Positions 1-9,531 of a stretch of DNA of 64,000 nucleotides are shown one piece after another (positions within the stretch are counted from its first letter, which is position 1; every line of letters starts with the position of its first letter). Origin of the DNA: Promethearchaeota archaeon (GTDB lineage: Archaea > Asgardarchaeota > Heimdallarchaeia > Hodarchaeales > Hodarchaeaceae); assembly GCA_048938105.1 (NCBI GenBank), contig JBHLMN010000012.1, positions 132,876 to 196,875 of the forward strand, written 5' to 3'. The notes beneath the pieces were generated by a model that was given only the letters and a program-made list of their open reading frames with translations, was not told the origin of the DNA and did not search any database. The position numbers were made by a program, and so were the translations under genes.

Positions 1-823
1 GCTCTAAAGTTTTGATCAGAGGAGTTTCTTTTCGCCTTTGGTAACTACAGGGATATCCTTCTTCTTCTAAAAATTGTTTTAAAGATTGGCCTATTGATTC
101 ATCATTCATAGACTGTTTAACACGAAAAACAATTTCATTTATTGAGTCATCTAACCCAGACCATGCTTGAAGGTCTTGTATCAAAGTATAACCTATTCCA
201 AATTGAACACTTGCTGAAAAAGCAGTACTTTCTGGATCAAAGATTACGACCCACTCAGGTGATATAACCGTTCCTTCAAGTTTTACTTTTTGAATCAAAC
301 TTGAAAATCTAATGTTTAGATTATCAAGATTTTGAAGAGAGTAAGTTTGACAAAAAGTGCTTTCTAGTAAAACATATGATTTATTAATATCATTTACAGT
401 AAGAAATCTGCCTTCATCCAACGCTAATCGATCTACATCACTTGTACTGAAAAAGTCTGCCTGAAGTCCGTACAAATATCCTCTAATTACAATAAGACCC
501 TCCGAACTGTTGAATTCATATGCTATTGAACATTTTAACCTTACATCCCAAGCTTTAATCTCATTTAACCTGGGAAAACGGGCCATGGTATCAATAATAT
601 CAGAATAATTGACTTCATATTCTTGAGGAAAAGCTATAATCCCATCATCAAGGGAATAGTCATCCATAAATTGATTAACACTATCAATTCGCCATTGTAC
701 ACCTGAGAATAACCCCCAAAAAGCCCCTGTTCCTATCCCCAATATTATTGTAACAATGCATACCTGTATCCATCTTTTTCGTAGATCACGGGTAATTCTT
801 GTCCATAATAATCTATTAACCAT
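1..823 (-). CDS. ABC transporter permease, FtsX/MacB-like (N-terminal part; 3' end runs off the window start)
   Basis: Not in the ORF track. My own minus-strand translation from the ATG at 823-821 gives MVNRLLWTRITRDLRKRWIQVCIVTIILGIGTGAFWG..., a basic N-terminus plus TM1 followed by a long non-hydrophobic segment, open to position 1. It starts 3 nt after the stop of the upstream ABC ATPase. Confidence 0.6.
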   Translation of the reverse strand, partial: MVNRLLWTRITRDLRKRWIQVCIVTIILGIGTGAFWGLFSGVQWRIDSVNQFMDDYSLDDGIIAFPQEYEVNYSDIIDTMARFPRLNEIKAWDVRLKCSIAYEFNSSEGLIVIRGYLYGLQADFFSTSDVDRLALDEGRFLTVNDINKSYVLLESTFCQTYSLQNLDNLNIRFSSLIQKVKLEGTVISPEWVVIFDPESTAFSASVQFGIGYTLIQDLQAWSGLDDSINEIVFRVKQSMNDESIGQSLKQFLEEEGYPCSYQRRKETPLIKTLE

Positions 824-826
824 ATT

Positions 827-1564
827 CTACCACCGTAACTCTTCTGGATCGATTGGTGATGGGTTTTTGCTGTCAGATATTACTTTTCCACTTCGTAAGC
901 GAATTACTCGATCCGCAATTTTCGCAATATCAGCATTATGTGTAACAATCAGAATTGTTCTCTTTTTATTACCATTTATTGCAGCTGATACCAACAATTT
1001 CAGTATTTGGATACCAGTTTCATAATCTAGTTCTCCTGTGGGCTCATCGGCCAAAATTAAGTCTGTTTGCTTCGCTAAAGCGCGTGCAATAGCCACACGT
1101 TGTTGTTCTCCTCCTGATAGCTCGCTGGGAAAATGATTGACTCGTTCTTCTAATCCTACCTCTTTTAAAACTTCACGAGCTCTGTGTTGGGCGTTTTTCT
1201 TCTTCTGAAGAAGAATAGCATATTCGACATTTTCTAATGCTGTTAATGTAGGTAAAAGATTGAAAAATTGAAATATAAATCCTACATGCTGCCGACGAAA
1301 TGCCGCAAGGGCATGACGATTAGCTTTTGTTAAATTATAGCCAAGAACATTTACCTGACCTTTAGAAGGGACATCAATAGCACCAATCATATTTAAAAGA
1401 GTTGTTTTTCCAGAGCCCGAAGGCCCCAGAATAACAATTAGTTCACCTTGATGGATTGTTAATGTTACATCAATCAACGCATTAACGTCAATTTCTCCAA
1501 CCTTATAATTCTTTGATATCCCTTTTAAGTTGATAACAGAATGATTATGAATAATTTCCGACAT
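827..1564 (-). CDS. ABC transporter ATP-binding protein (MacB/LolD-like)
   Basis: Walker [10 protein letters not shown], signature [15 protein letters not shown], Walker [14 protein letters not shown]-loop VTHN. Confidence 0.9.
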   Translation of the reverse strand: MSEIIHNHSVINLKGISKNYKVGEIDVNALIDVTLTIHQGELIVILGPSGSGKTTLLNMIGAIDVPSKGQVNVLGYNLTKANRHALAAFRRQHVGFIFQFFNLLPTLTALENVEYAILLQKKKNAQHRAREVLKEVGLEERVNHFPSELSGGEQQRVAIARALAKQTDLILADEPTGELDYETGIQILKLLVSAAINGNKKRTILIVTHNADIAKIADRVIRLRSGKVISDSKNPSPIDPEELRW

Positions 1565-1659
1565 TGCTTGTCAACACAGTTTATTTTGAAATAATAATGT
1601 TGTTTGAGACTTATTAAGTAATATACTTCAGCACAAGACGTTTGACTTATAAATTTCAG

Positions 1660-1702
1660 TGTACAGCAGATTTAAAAGAGGATAATGCGTACATTGTACA
1701 CG
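1660..1702. promoter_or_regulatory. Three GTACA/TGTACA boxes in the divergent ABC / RHH-like intergenic region (candidate operator)
   Basis: TGTACA at 1660-1665 and GTACATTGTACA within 1689-1700, directly upstream of the small ORF at 1722. Confidence 0.25.
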
Positions 1703-1721
1703 ATGTTTTATTTTATGGAGA

Positions 1722-1916
1722 GTGAACCTCATAACAAGGACTCAATCTTTAACAATTCGTCTACCATATGAAACTGTAAAGGAAATAAAAAAATATTCGG
1801 AATTCTTGCGATTAAAACCAACTAGGTTGTGTTCTATGGTACTCCAAGACTCATTAAAAGATTGGGTAAAGAATTATGCTAAAGAGATATATGAAGGAGT
1901 TGATGAGATAGTATGA
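1722..1916 (+). CDS. Small protein, possibly ribbon-helix-helix (CopG-like) DNA-binding
   Basis: 64 aa with a GTG start. LTIRLPYETVKEIKKY resembles an RHH beta-strand plus helix. It overlaps the next ORF by 4 nt (ATGA). Confidence 0.35.
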   Translation: MNLITRTQSLTIRLPYETVKEIKKYSEFLRLKPTRLCSMVLQDSLKDWVKNYAKEIYEGVDEIV

Positions 1917-2659
1917 CTTCAATATTAGGCATAATAATGATTCTTGTATTTTATTTTTGGGCGATTATTCTTCTAATATCAACTCGAAAATTCATTCAAT
2001 TTTGGTTTGAAACTCGTGAGGAATCTTTCTTACATCTTATGTTGATTACGGTTTACCCAGCATTTTTACTTGGTATAATGGCCAGTTATTATATAATATT
2101 AACTATAATTACTCCTGGGGAAGATATAAAAATCCCTACACTGCTAGGAAGTGCATTTACGTATGGATTTTTTTTAGAATTCTCCTTCTTTTATCTATCC
2201 TTATTTAACAATAGTAGACGCTATTTTGAAAAATATATCCCAGTTTTATTCGGATTTACCCTGTTGTTATCTATTTTAGAAATTATCATAAATGAAGAGC
2301 TTTATTCAATAGATTTATTAGACAATACACTATTTTTGGTATCGTTAATTATGATGGTTTATCTATGCGTCCGTATTTATGGTAATTTGCGACAGAATAA
2401 ACAGTTTTTTGATGATCAAGAAAAAGAATTCATAGATTTGTTAGAAAAAATCACGCTTATCTTTTTATTCATATCTATTTTTGACGGATTAGTGCATGCA
2501 ATTATGTCTCTTCAAATAAATTACTTTGATGAAGCCTACATGATTATTGCGATTATTTCATTGGGTTTATTAGGTTTAATCTTTTTATATTGTAAGAGAC
2601 TTGTTGAGGAACGCACCAAGAATATTGACTGGATAGCTTTCTTTAATAATATCTCCTAA
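1913..2659 (+). CDS. Multi-pass (about 7 TM) membrane protein, unknown function
   Basis: Long ORF with alternating hydrophobic helices, translationally coupled to the upstream small ORF. No family recognised. Confidence 0.5.
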   Translation: MTSILGIIMILVFYFWAIILLISTRKFIQFWFETREESFLHLMLITVYPAFLLGIMASYYIILTIITPGEDIKIPTLLGSAFTYGFFLEFSFFYLSLFNNSRRYFEKYIPVLFGFTLLLSILEIIINEELYSIDLLDNTLFLVSLIMMVYLCVRIYGNLRQNKQFFDDQEKEFIDLLEKITLIFLFISIFDGLVHAIMSLQINYFDEAYMIIAIISLGLLGLIFLYCKRLVEERTKNIDWIAFFNNIS

Positions 2660-2663
2660 GTAT

Positions 2664-3185
2664 GTGTTGAACTCTCATATATTCGAAGTGTGGAGAAAAA
2701 AAATGTCTTATACACAATCCCCTCATCTAACTGATGAAGAAATTGAACTATTTCTAAAGGAACCTCATGTTGCTCGGATTTGTACTTTCAATAAAGATGG
2801 TACAATTCATGCTGTTCCTGTTTGGTTTAAATATGAAAAAGGACTATTTACTATCGCTTCTCCCGAGAAAAGTCGTAAAACGAGAAATATGTTAAGAAAT
2901 AATAATCTAACGTTATTAATCGATGTTGCAGGGCCACCGACAAGAGGGGTGATAGTATATGGTAAAGCAGAAGTTGATTTTACTGAATGGGATTCAGAGG
3001 CTCTCTCTTTACTTGAAAAGTATCTGCCAAAGGAGGATGCTAAAAAATCTCTTAATGGGTTGAATAAACTTACGAAATGGGTAAAAATCTCCATTTCGCC
3101 TACTCATATGGCGTCTTTCGATTATGGAAAAGATGAAAAATATTGGAACGCAGTAAGTTATAGTGCAGGAGCTGGTCAACAGTAA
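2664..3185 (+). CDS. Pyridoxamine 5'-phosphate oxidase (PPOX)/FMN-binding split-barrel family protein
   Basis: HVARICTFNKDGTIHAVPVWF and RGVIVYGKAEV look like the PPOX-like family. The track start is a GTG; the ATG at 2703 (MSYTQSPH) is more likely. Confidence 0.5.
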   Translation: MLNSHIFEVWRKKMSYTQSPHLTDEEIELFLKEPHVARICTFNKDGTIHAVPVWFKYEKGLFTIASPEKSRKTRNMLRNNNLTLLIDVAGPPTRGVIVYGKAEVDFTEWDSEALSLLEKYLPKEDAKKSLNGLNKLTKWVKISISPTHMASFDYGKDEKYWNAVSYSAGAGQQ

Positions 3186-3444
3186 TTTAGGATTTAATCG
3201 AATAAAGTATGATATTTACATTAAAATTCTTGCACGAATACTATTTCCAACGGTTATCAATCACGACAGATTCCCAAGATAATAAAATATCTGTGTTGTA
3301 TTACAGGGAATTGAAACAATAGAAGATAAATTAAGATAAATGCTATTTGAAGAAATATTAAATCGAAAATTATAATCTGAATCAACAACTTAATCCTTAC
3401 TATTAAGTAAAACAGCAAAAAGCAGATAGAGGAGCAAACTGCCA

Positions 3445-4125
3445 TTGTGGAAACAAAATGTCGTGAAAAGGAAATTTATAGGAATTCCAGTCCTGTTAAT
3501 TTACATAAATTTAATTTTAATTCTTTGGCCACAGTCATACGATAAAGCCACTGTGCTGAATTTGCTAGCAATCTTGTTATTCAGCGTATTTATTGGTGGA
3601 GATGTATTATTTCGACCGCTTTGGGTTGGTAAAGAAAAAGACCAGTTTAGAAAAAGTACCCTCTTTATTTTTCTATTATTCTTTATAGTCCCATTTCTCC
3701 TATATTTTCCCTATATTGAGTACCAAGCATTCCTTCAGCAATTCATTCCATCCCCGATCGTTTTAGTGATGGGAATAATTGGTAATCTCGTGTTGATTTT
3801 TGGAGGGATTCTAATGATTTGGAGTAGGCTTCTCCTTGGACCATATGGGACACCCAAGATCGTAATTAAAGACCATCATCAATTAATTACTCATGGAGTT
3901 TATCGATATATCCGTCATCCTCTCTATTTAGGTTATATTCTATTGTTATTTGGGTATACTTTTGCTTTTGGAAGTCTTTTCTCTTCCTGCCTCATCATTG
4001 GTTTCATGCTTCCTTTAACTAAAAGTAGAATGGATTTAGAAGAAAAATTACTCCTAGCTAATTTAGGAGAGAAATATAACAACTACATGAGACAGACAAA
4101 ACGGTTAATTCCTAAGATTTATTAA
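3445..4125 (+). CDS. ICMT/PEMT-family membrane methyltransferase-like protein
   Basis: Multi-TM protein with HGVYRYIRHPLYLGYILLLFG followed by EEKLL..LGEKYNNY. TTG start in the track, so the true start is uncertain. Confidence 0.65.
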   Translation: MWKQNVVKRKFIGIPVLLIYINLILILWPQSYDKATVLNLLAILLFSVFIGGDVLFRPLWVGKEKDQFRKSTLFIFLLFFIVPFLLYFPYIEYQAFLQQFIPSPIVLVMGIIGNLVLIFGGILMIWSRLLLGPYGTPKIVIKDHHQLITHGVYRYIRHPLYLGYILLLFGYTFAFGSLFSSCLIIGFMLPLTKSRMDLEEKLLLANLGEKYNNYMRQTKRLIPKIY

Positions 4126-4130
4126 AAATG

Positions 4131-4138
4131 TTTTTTTT
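4131..4138 (+). terminator. Oligo-T tract after the ICMT-like gene (between convergent genes)
   Basis: T8 run immediately after the stop at 4125. Archaeal termination commonly uses oligo-T. Confidence 0.3.
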
Positions 4139-4165
4139 AATGCTAACCAGAGAATCTGAATATAT

Positions 4166-4993
4166 TTATTCAAATCTAAAATGAACAATGCGTGACATTT
4201 TTCTGATAAATGGAATAAACCTTAATATTTTGAATATTCCCACACGTGCTTCTTTATCATTAAAAAAAGACCACTCACTAACCAGTCGGAGATTCGGAGC
4301 CCATTTCTCAATGTCGTGAAGATTATTTACCCCCCATTTAAATTCTGCTTGAAATTCTTTAAGACCAACATTTTTATTTGCTTCTTTAACCATGAAATTA
4401 GTGTACACATCAAAAATAATTTCTGCATTTGGAAATGAAATAGATAGTTTTTGGAAAAGAGATTGGACATCAGTTTTTGGTAAGTACATTAGAACTGCTT
4501 CAGCAATAAAAAGAACTGGACATTCAACTTTTGATGCCAGGGCTAGTATTTGCGGAATCCATGAATAATCAAGAATTGAACAACCAACAAATGGATTTCT
4601 TAGTGTTTCAGATAGGAGTTTTCTTCTAACAATAATAACTTCTGGAAGATCAATATCAATAAAGGTAAGAAGACCATTATCGAGCCGATCAAAACGTGTG
4701 TCTAATCCTGATCCCAAACTAATAACAATACCATTTGGATATTTTTCAAGATAACTACGAATTCGATTATCAAAATAACGCCCTCGAAGGGCATGACCGA
4801 TAATCGCGGGTTTTTCTAAAGATTTTTGGAGAGTAAGAAAGTCGAAATCCAACTTTTCTAGGAGTTCTATGGCTTTTTTATCGTTTAAAATAGGCTTTGG
4901 TGACTTTGCATCTAATGTTCGAGAGAGCAATGGGAAGAATAATGTATTTTCAACTCTTGTAAGTTTTTCTACTTTAATTGCCTCATTTCGCAT
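4166..4993 (-). CDS. SAM-dependent methyltransferase, leucine carboxyl methyltransferase/TcmP-like family
   Basis: The VISLGSGLDTRFDRL motif and the following DIDLPEV strand are typical of LCM-family O-methyltransferases. Confidence 0.6.
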   Translation of the reverse strand: MRNEAIKVEKLTRVENTLFFPLLSRTLDAKSPKPILNDKKAIELLEKLDFDFLTLQKSLEKPAIIGHALRGRYFDNRIRSYLEKYPNGIVISLGSGLDTRFDRLDNGLLTFIDIDLPEVIIVRRKLLSETLRNPFVGCSILDYSWIPQILALASKVECPVLFIAEAVLMYLPKTDVQSLFQKLSISFPNAEIIFDVYTNFMVKEANKNVGLKEFQAEFKWGVNNLHDIEKWAPNLRLVSEWSFFNDKEARVGIFKILRFIPFIRKMSRIVHFRFE

Positions 4994-5317
4994 AATTTTT
5001 AAAGTAAAATAATGAAATAAATAGTTTTTGTTTGAGTTATAAGTTTTACATTGTGAATATTATTAGTAATACAATAAAAAAGATCCAGGGATAGTTAAAA
5101 ATCACTCTAAATATCGTGGATGTATCCCCTTAAATTAGTCTCCGATTTAAGAAAATAAAAAGCTCTTTGACTTTTACTAATCAATATTGATTGCCTCTGA
5201 AAATTCTTAAAATAGTCTTGATTAGGTTAGACATTGCATAAACCTAAATCCAAATAAAGCGAACAAAAAAGAAAAAAGTAGTTCCAACTTTCATAAAAAG
5301 ATAAGGAACGAGGGGTT

Positions 5318-5770
5318 ATGATAACGCTAATAGATTCAATAGACGTGAAAACAACGCCCGGAAAATTGTTTGATGGCTTGATTAAAGTTTTTTCTTCCAA
5401 AGAGAATTATATACAATGGCATAAAGACCATGTTAAATGTAGTTGGATTAAAGGTCAGCCATTCGAGTTGGGATCAATACTCTATTGTGAGGAATATTTG
5501 CATGGCGAATTACATAAGATGAAATTTTTAACCACAAAAAAAGAGCCAAATAGAATAATAGAATATAAACTTCTGTTTCCAATGTCAATTATTTGTCCTA
5601 AAGGTTCTTTTATCATAGAACCAAAGGACGGGAGTTCAATCTTTACGGCGACACTTTCTTTTCGGTTCGGTTGGTTCTTCCAAAAATTTGCTAAGAGGAG
5701 AGTCGAGGCTATTACAATGCATATGAAGGAAGAAGGAGAAAATCTTAGAAAAATCTTAGAAAATCAATAA
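5318..5770 (+). CDS. SRPBCC (START/polyketide-cyclase-like) family protein
   Basis: 150 aa. The size and beta-rich pattern ending in a long C-terminal helix (RRVEAITMHMKEEGENLRKILE) fit SRPBCC. Confidence 0.45.
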   Translation: MITLIDSIDVKTTPGKLFDGLIKVFSSKENYIQWHKDHVKCSWIKGQPFELGSILYCEEYLHGELHKMKFLTTKKEPNRIIEYKLLFPMSIICPKGSFIIEPKDGSSIFTATLSFRFGWFFQKFAKRRVEAITMHMKEEGENLRKILENQ

Positions 5771-5801
5771 GCTTATAATTCAGAGAATTTAAATTGACTT
5801 T

Positions 5802-6482
5802 GTGAGAGATCTTTCAAAAATAACAATAGTCATTCAAATGATCCTTGCTGTTCCATTCATCATCATTTTTGCAGGAGTAATGCTCTTCATTCCAGCTGGA
5901 ACAATTGATTGGATCGAGGGGTGGATTTATATCCTTTTATTAATTGTTTACTACCTTACTATGACTATATATTTAATTATCAAGGATCCATCAACACTGA
6001 GAAAACGTAAAAAACTGTCTACTAGTAAGATTGAAAATTTTTTCCTTGTTATTCTGGGTTTGTTGTTCTTTCCATTGATAATTATGCCAGGCTTTGATTA
6101 TAAATTCCAATGGACACAATTACCAAGTTTAGTTAGGATAATTGGGTTTTTTGGGCTTGTATTCTCATATATCATTAACTTCTGGGTCATGAAAGTAAAT
6201 TCTTACGCTTCAAAAGCTCTAATAATACATGAAAATCATATAGCAATAACGATTGGACCCTATGGAATCGTACGACATCCAATGTATGTGAGTTTTATAC
6301 TTCTAGCTTTTAGTACGCCAATTGCACTCGGTTCATTAGTATCCATACTCTTGGCGATACCAATACCCTTTTTACTTGTCTTTCGGATCCGTAAAGAAGA
6401 AGAAATGTTAAAGAAGAACCTTTCAAGCTATATTGAATATACCGAAAAAGTTCGTTATCGTTTAATTCCCAAAATATGGTGA
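5802..6482 (+). CDS. ICMT/PEMT-family membrane methyltransferase-like protein
   Basis: GPYGIVRHPMYVSFILLAF followed by RKEEEMLKKNL..YIEYTEKV. Multi-TM. GTG start in the track. Confidence 0.65.
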   Translation: MRDLSKITIVIQMILAVPFIIIFAGVMLFIPAGTIDWIEGWIYILLLIVYYLTMTIYLIIKDPSTLRKRKKLSTSKIENFFLVILGLLFFPLIIMPGFDYKFQWTQLPSLVRIIGFFGLVFSYIINFWVMKVNSYASKALIIHENHIAITIGPYGIVRHPMYVSFILLAFSTPIALGSLVSILLAIPIPFLLVFRIRKEEEMLKKNLSSYIEYTEKVRYRLIPKIW

Positions 6483-6573
6483 TTAGTAATGAAAAAGAGT
6501 TCGGATTGAGAAATATCTATTTTTCAACTCTAATACTAATAAATTAAGCCTTATTCCAAATGAAAAAAAGAAA

Positions 6574-7209
6574 TCATAAAAATTGGCCCATCTCTCTAAT
6601 ATATGGAAGAAAAGAAGGTGTCCTATTAACACATTGCTGATATACTTCTCCAACTCTCTTAATTAAATCTTTATCTTCCATCTTTGCTCCAATAATGAAA
6701 GGAATGAAAGAAATCAATGCAATAAAGATTGCTAATAGATTATTCTTCAATAGAGCTAAACCTATAGCGAGAAAAAAATCTCCAGGATACATAGGGTGAT
6801 GAATATAGGAATAGATATCAGAAGTGACAGCCACTCCTTCTTCGGGAAATAACATATGGATCCCTAATCCATGTGCAATTTCATCAAATCCTGTTTTGCG
6901 TAGATGCTTCTCTAATAAAAACCGCATTAGAATGAAAAATATCCCTCCAATAAGAGCAGCTCAAAAAGGTATTAAAATTAGGCCGTTTATTAAAAGAGTA
7001 TGGAATATACAGGTATTGCCAGTAATAAGAACTGGAATTACATAATGAAAAAAGAAGTATCGATACGCTAAATCCCCATGTTTCTCTCGATAAGCCTTGC
7101 CTTTTGTAGCGAAACCAATAAAAAAGGACAAAGTGATGAGTACGAAAATCAATTGACAAATAATAGCCCCATACCAAGCTAAACCATCAAACCACCAGAA
7201 AATCCCCAT
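6574..7209 (-). pseudogene. ICMT/PEMT-family gene interrupted by an in-frame TGA (6961-6963)
   Basis: ORFs 6961..7209 and 6574..6927 are in the same frame (both upper ends divisible by 3), and my reading joins them as ...LILIPF-TGA-AALIGGIFFILMRFLL.... The distal part carries YIHHPMYPGDFFLAIG and MEDKDLIKRVGEVYQQ. The same frame continues upstream to the ATG at 7320 through a second in-frame stop (TAA at 7267-7269). Confidence 0.55.
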
Positions 7210-7355
7210 AATTAGTAAAAGTGCTGTTATTGAGATTATGACAATAACTCCTGCTTTTAAAGGGTCTTAAAATTCTGGAACCTTCTCTTTTAATAGGTTA
7301 AAACCTTTTGTTTGAGACATCGACACAAACTTTAGATAAGTTCATTTTTTAGAGG

Positions 7356-8486
7356 CTATAGATCTAAGTTTGACGGTTTATGTTGTGGTAAAAATTCCTG
7401 TAAGATAGTGGTACAAGCATTGGTATAATCTTCAAATAACTCAAAGAAACGGATATTTTCTTCTAAAAATCTTAAAAACTTTTCTTTTTCTCCATTTTCT
7501 TCAATTTTTTCGAGATTTGATTGAAATTGAACTTGAATAATTTCTTTAGCGTGAGAAAATATATATCGAAACTGTTTAACAGTGTTGAACAAATTTTCTG
7601 TTAAAGTATATTTTATTTGGTAGTATTTTCTTCTATCTTTCCGTTTTTTAATTACCTGAAGGATATTGAGTCGGATGAGCGTTTTTAGCGCAACTGAAAC
7701 GGTTGAACGGCTATAACCAGTGATTTTTATTATGTAATCTTGTGTAAGTGGTTTTTCTTCTACAAAAAATAATAAACCTATCATTACAAGTTCTTTCTTC
7801 TTACCGACAGCTGCGGATTGATTAGCAGCTTGATCTTCAAGAAAATCCTTCTTGATTTTTTCAAGACTATCTCCTCTAATTAAATCATATTTAGGACTAG
7901 GAAAGTTAAAGTTTTTAGCATCATTCGATGAAATATTGCTAATTAATTGGGAAATTGAATCAGGATCCTTAACAAATCTTTCCACATGATTTTGGAAATA
8001 TGTTACAGTGAAATGAAAATAGTTTGAGACTTCCCAATATTCGCTGAGAAATCTCCTCACACGTAAAATTTCGGGATTTTGAGAGGGTAGCGCGTCTAAC
8101 CTATGGATCAATAGCGGGACTTGTTCCAAACTGAATTTAGTTACTTCTAAACCTTCTACTAAAAGAGTACGAAAATATATAGCTAGCTTTTGAGGACACT
8201 GATACTTTTTATGTTCCCCTTTTTTTCGAATTTGAAGGACTAAAAATTTACTAGTTGTATCTGTGAGTCTTGAAAGAGTCTCTGAAACAGTTGCTCTGTT
8301 TAATTGTGTTAATTTAATTATTTGATTTTGATCAAGTGCGTCCCCTTCCATTAGTAAAGCGAATAGAATCCTTACTAGATTTGAATCAAACCAAGTTAAT
8401 GTCTGCTCCATAAAGATAAGGTAATTTCTCTTCATATCTAAGAAAGGTGATTGACTAACAACTGTTTTCATTAAATTCATGTCCAA
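7356..8486 (-). CDS. Large transcription-regulator-like protein with two winged-helix (MarR/TrmB-like) modules
   Basis: Two wHTH-like segments: LDQNQIIKLTQLNRATVSETLSRL and LTQDYIIKITGYSRSTVSVALKTLIRLNIL. Divergent from the ABC-2 transporter operon. Confidence 0.5.
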   Translation of the reverse strand: MDMNLMKTVVSQSPFLDMKRNYLIFMEQTLTWFDSNLVRILFALLMEGDALDQNQIIKLTQLNRATVSETLSRLTDTTSKFLVLQIRKKGEHKKYQCPQKLAIYFRTLLVEGLEVTKFSLEQVPLLIHRLDALPSQNPEILRVRRFLSEYWEVSNYFHFTVTYFQNHVERFVKDPDSISQLISNISSNDAKNFNFPSPKYDLIRGDSLEKIKKDFLEDQAANQSAAVGKKKELVMIGLLFFVEEKPLTQDYIIKITGYSRSTVSVALKTLIRLNILQVIKKRKDRRKYYQIKYTLTENLFNTVKQFRYIFSHAKEIIQVQFQSNLEKIEENGEKEKFLRFLEENIRFFELFEDYTNACTTILQEFLPQHKPSNLDL

Positions 8487-8629
8487 AGAGAAGATAAGTA
8501 GATAATTTTAAATGTTTTATTTTTTCTAGCATTTATGAAATTTCTGGCATTTTCGAAAAATATAAAAACACTTGCTTAAGTTCTGTCAATTGCGATAGTC
8601 ATGCAAAAAAAATTGATTAGGTCTTAAAA

Positions 8630-9517
8630 ATGAATGAACCAAAAATAAAAATCCAAGATCTAACAAAATATTATGGTAAATCTCGTGGGATTGAAAACTT
8701 ATCCCTTGAAATCAAGGAAGGTGAAATATTTGGCTTCCTTGGTCCGAATGGGGCCGGTAAAACAACAACGATTCGCTGTATGATGAGTATTCTCCTACCT
8801 ACATCAGGAAATATTTGGATCAATGGTAACAAGGTTACTAGAAAGAACCCTGAAATACGGGAGAATATCGGATATATTCCTGGAGAATTTATCCTTCCAG
8901 AAAATTATACTGTAAATGAATTTCTCTCCTACATTCAAAACATGCGTAAAAATCCGAGTAAACGACGAAATGAGCTTGTTGAACGATTCGCATTACCTCC
9001 GAAGAAAAAGATAGGAGAGCTCTCTAAAGGAAATAAACAAAAAGTAGGCATTGTGGCTGCGCTTATGCATGATCCAGATGTCTTAATACTAGATGAGCCA
9101 ACCTCAGGCCTCGATCCACTTCTTCAACAGGAACTTTATGAGCTCCTTTTAGAATCGAAAAAACAAGGAAAAACCATTTTTATTAGCAGTCACAATCTTT
9201 CCGAGGTACAAAGAATTTGTGATAGAGTTGCAATCATCAAAGAAGGTGCTTTAATTAAGGTTGAAGAGATTCACACTCTTAATAAAAACGTATCAAGGAT
9301 ATTGGAAGCACAACTTAACAACCCTGATGAAGAACAGCTGAAATCTCTCGGTGCCAATCTTCTTGAAATACAAAAAGATAGAGTCCGCATATTAATTCCA
9401 CAATCAGCTTCGATCAAACCTTTTCTTGAGAAACTTCTCTTAATGGAACCTGAAGAACTATCTTACCCTCCTGCAAGTCTTGAAGACTATTTTATGCAAT
9501 TTTATAAGACTCAATAA
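8630..9517 (+). CDS. ABC transporter ATP-binding protein (ABC-2 type)
   Basis: Walker A GPNGAGKTTT, signature LSKGNKQKVGIVAAL, Walker B VLILDEPTSGLD. Confidence 0.9.
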   Translation: MNEPKIKIQDLTKYYGKSRGIENLSLEIKEGEIFGFLGPNGAGKTTTIRCMMSILLPTSGNIWINGNKVTRKNPEIRENIGYIPGEFILPENYTVNEFLSYIQNMRKNPSKRRNELVERFALPPKKKIGELSKGNKQKVGIVAALMHDPDVLILDEPTSGLDPLLQQELYELLLESKKQGKTIFISSHNLSEVQRICDRVAIIKEGALIKVEEIHTLNKNVSRILEAQLNNPDEEQLKSLGANLLEIQKDRVRILIPQSASIKPFLEKLLLMEPEELSYPPASLEDYFMQFYKTQ

Positions 9518-9531
9518 TAGGAGGCAGTAGA

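Noticed and set aside
6961-6963. The in-frame TGA in the ICMT-like gene read as a selenocysteine codon.
   Set aside because: The position falls in a hydrophobic membrane segment with no redox motif. I see no SECIS-like hairpin nearby, and a second in-frame stop (TAA) lies upstream in the same frame. Pseudogenisation is the simpler reading.
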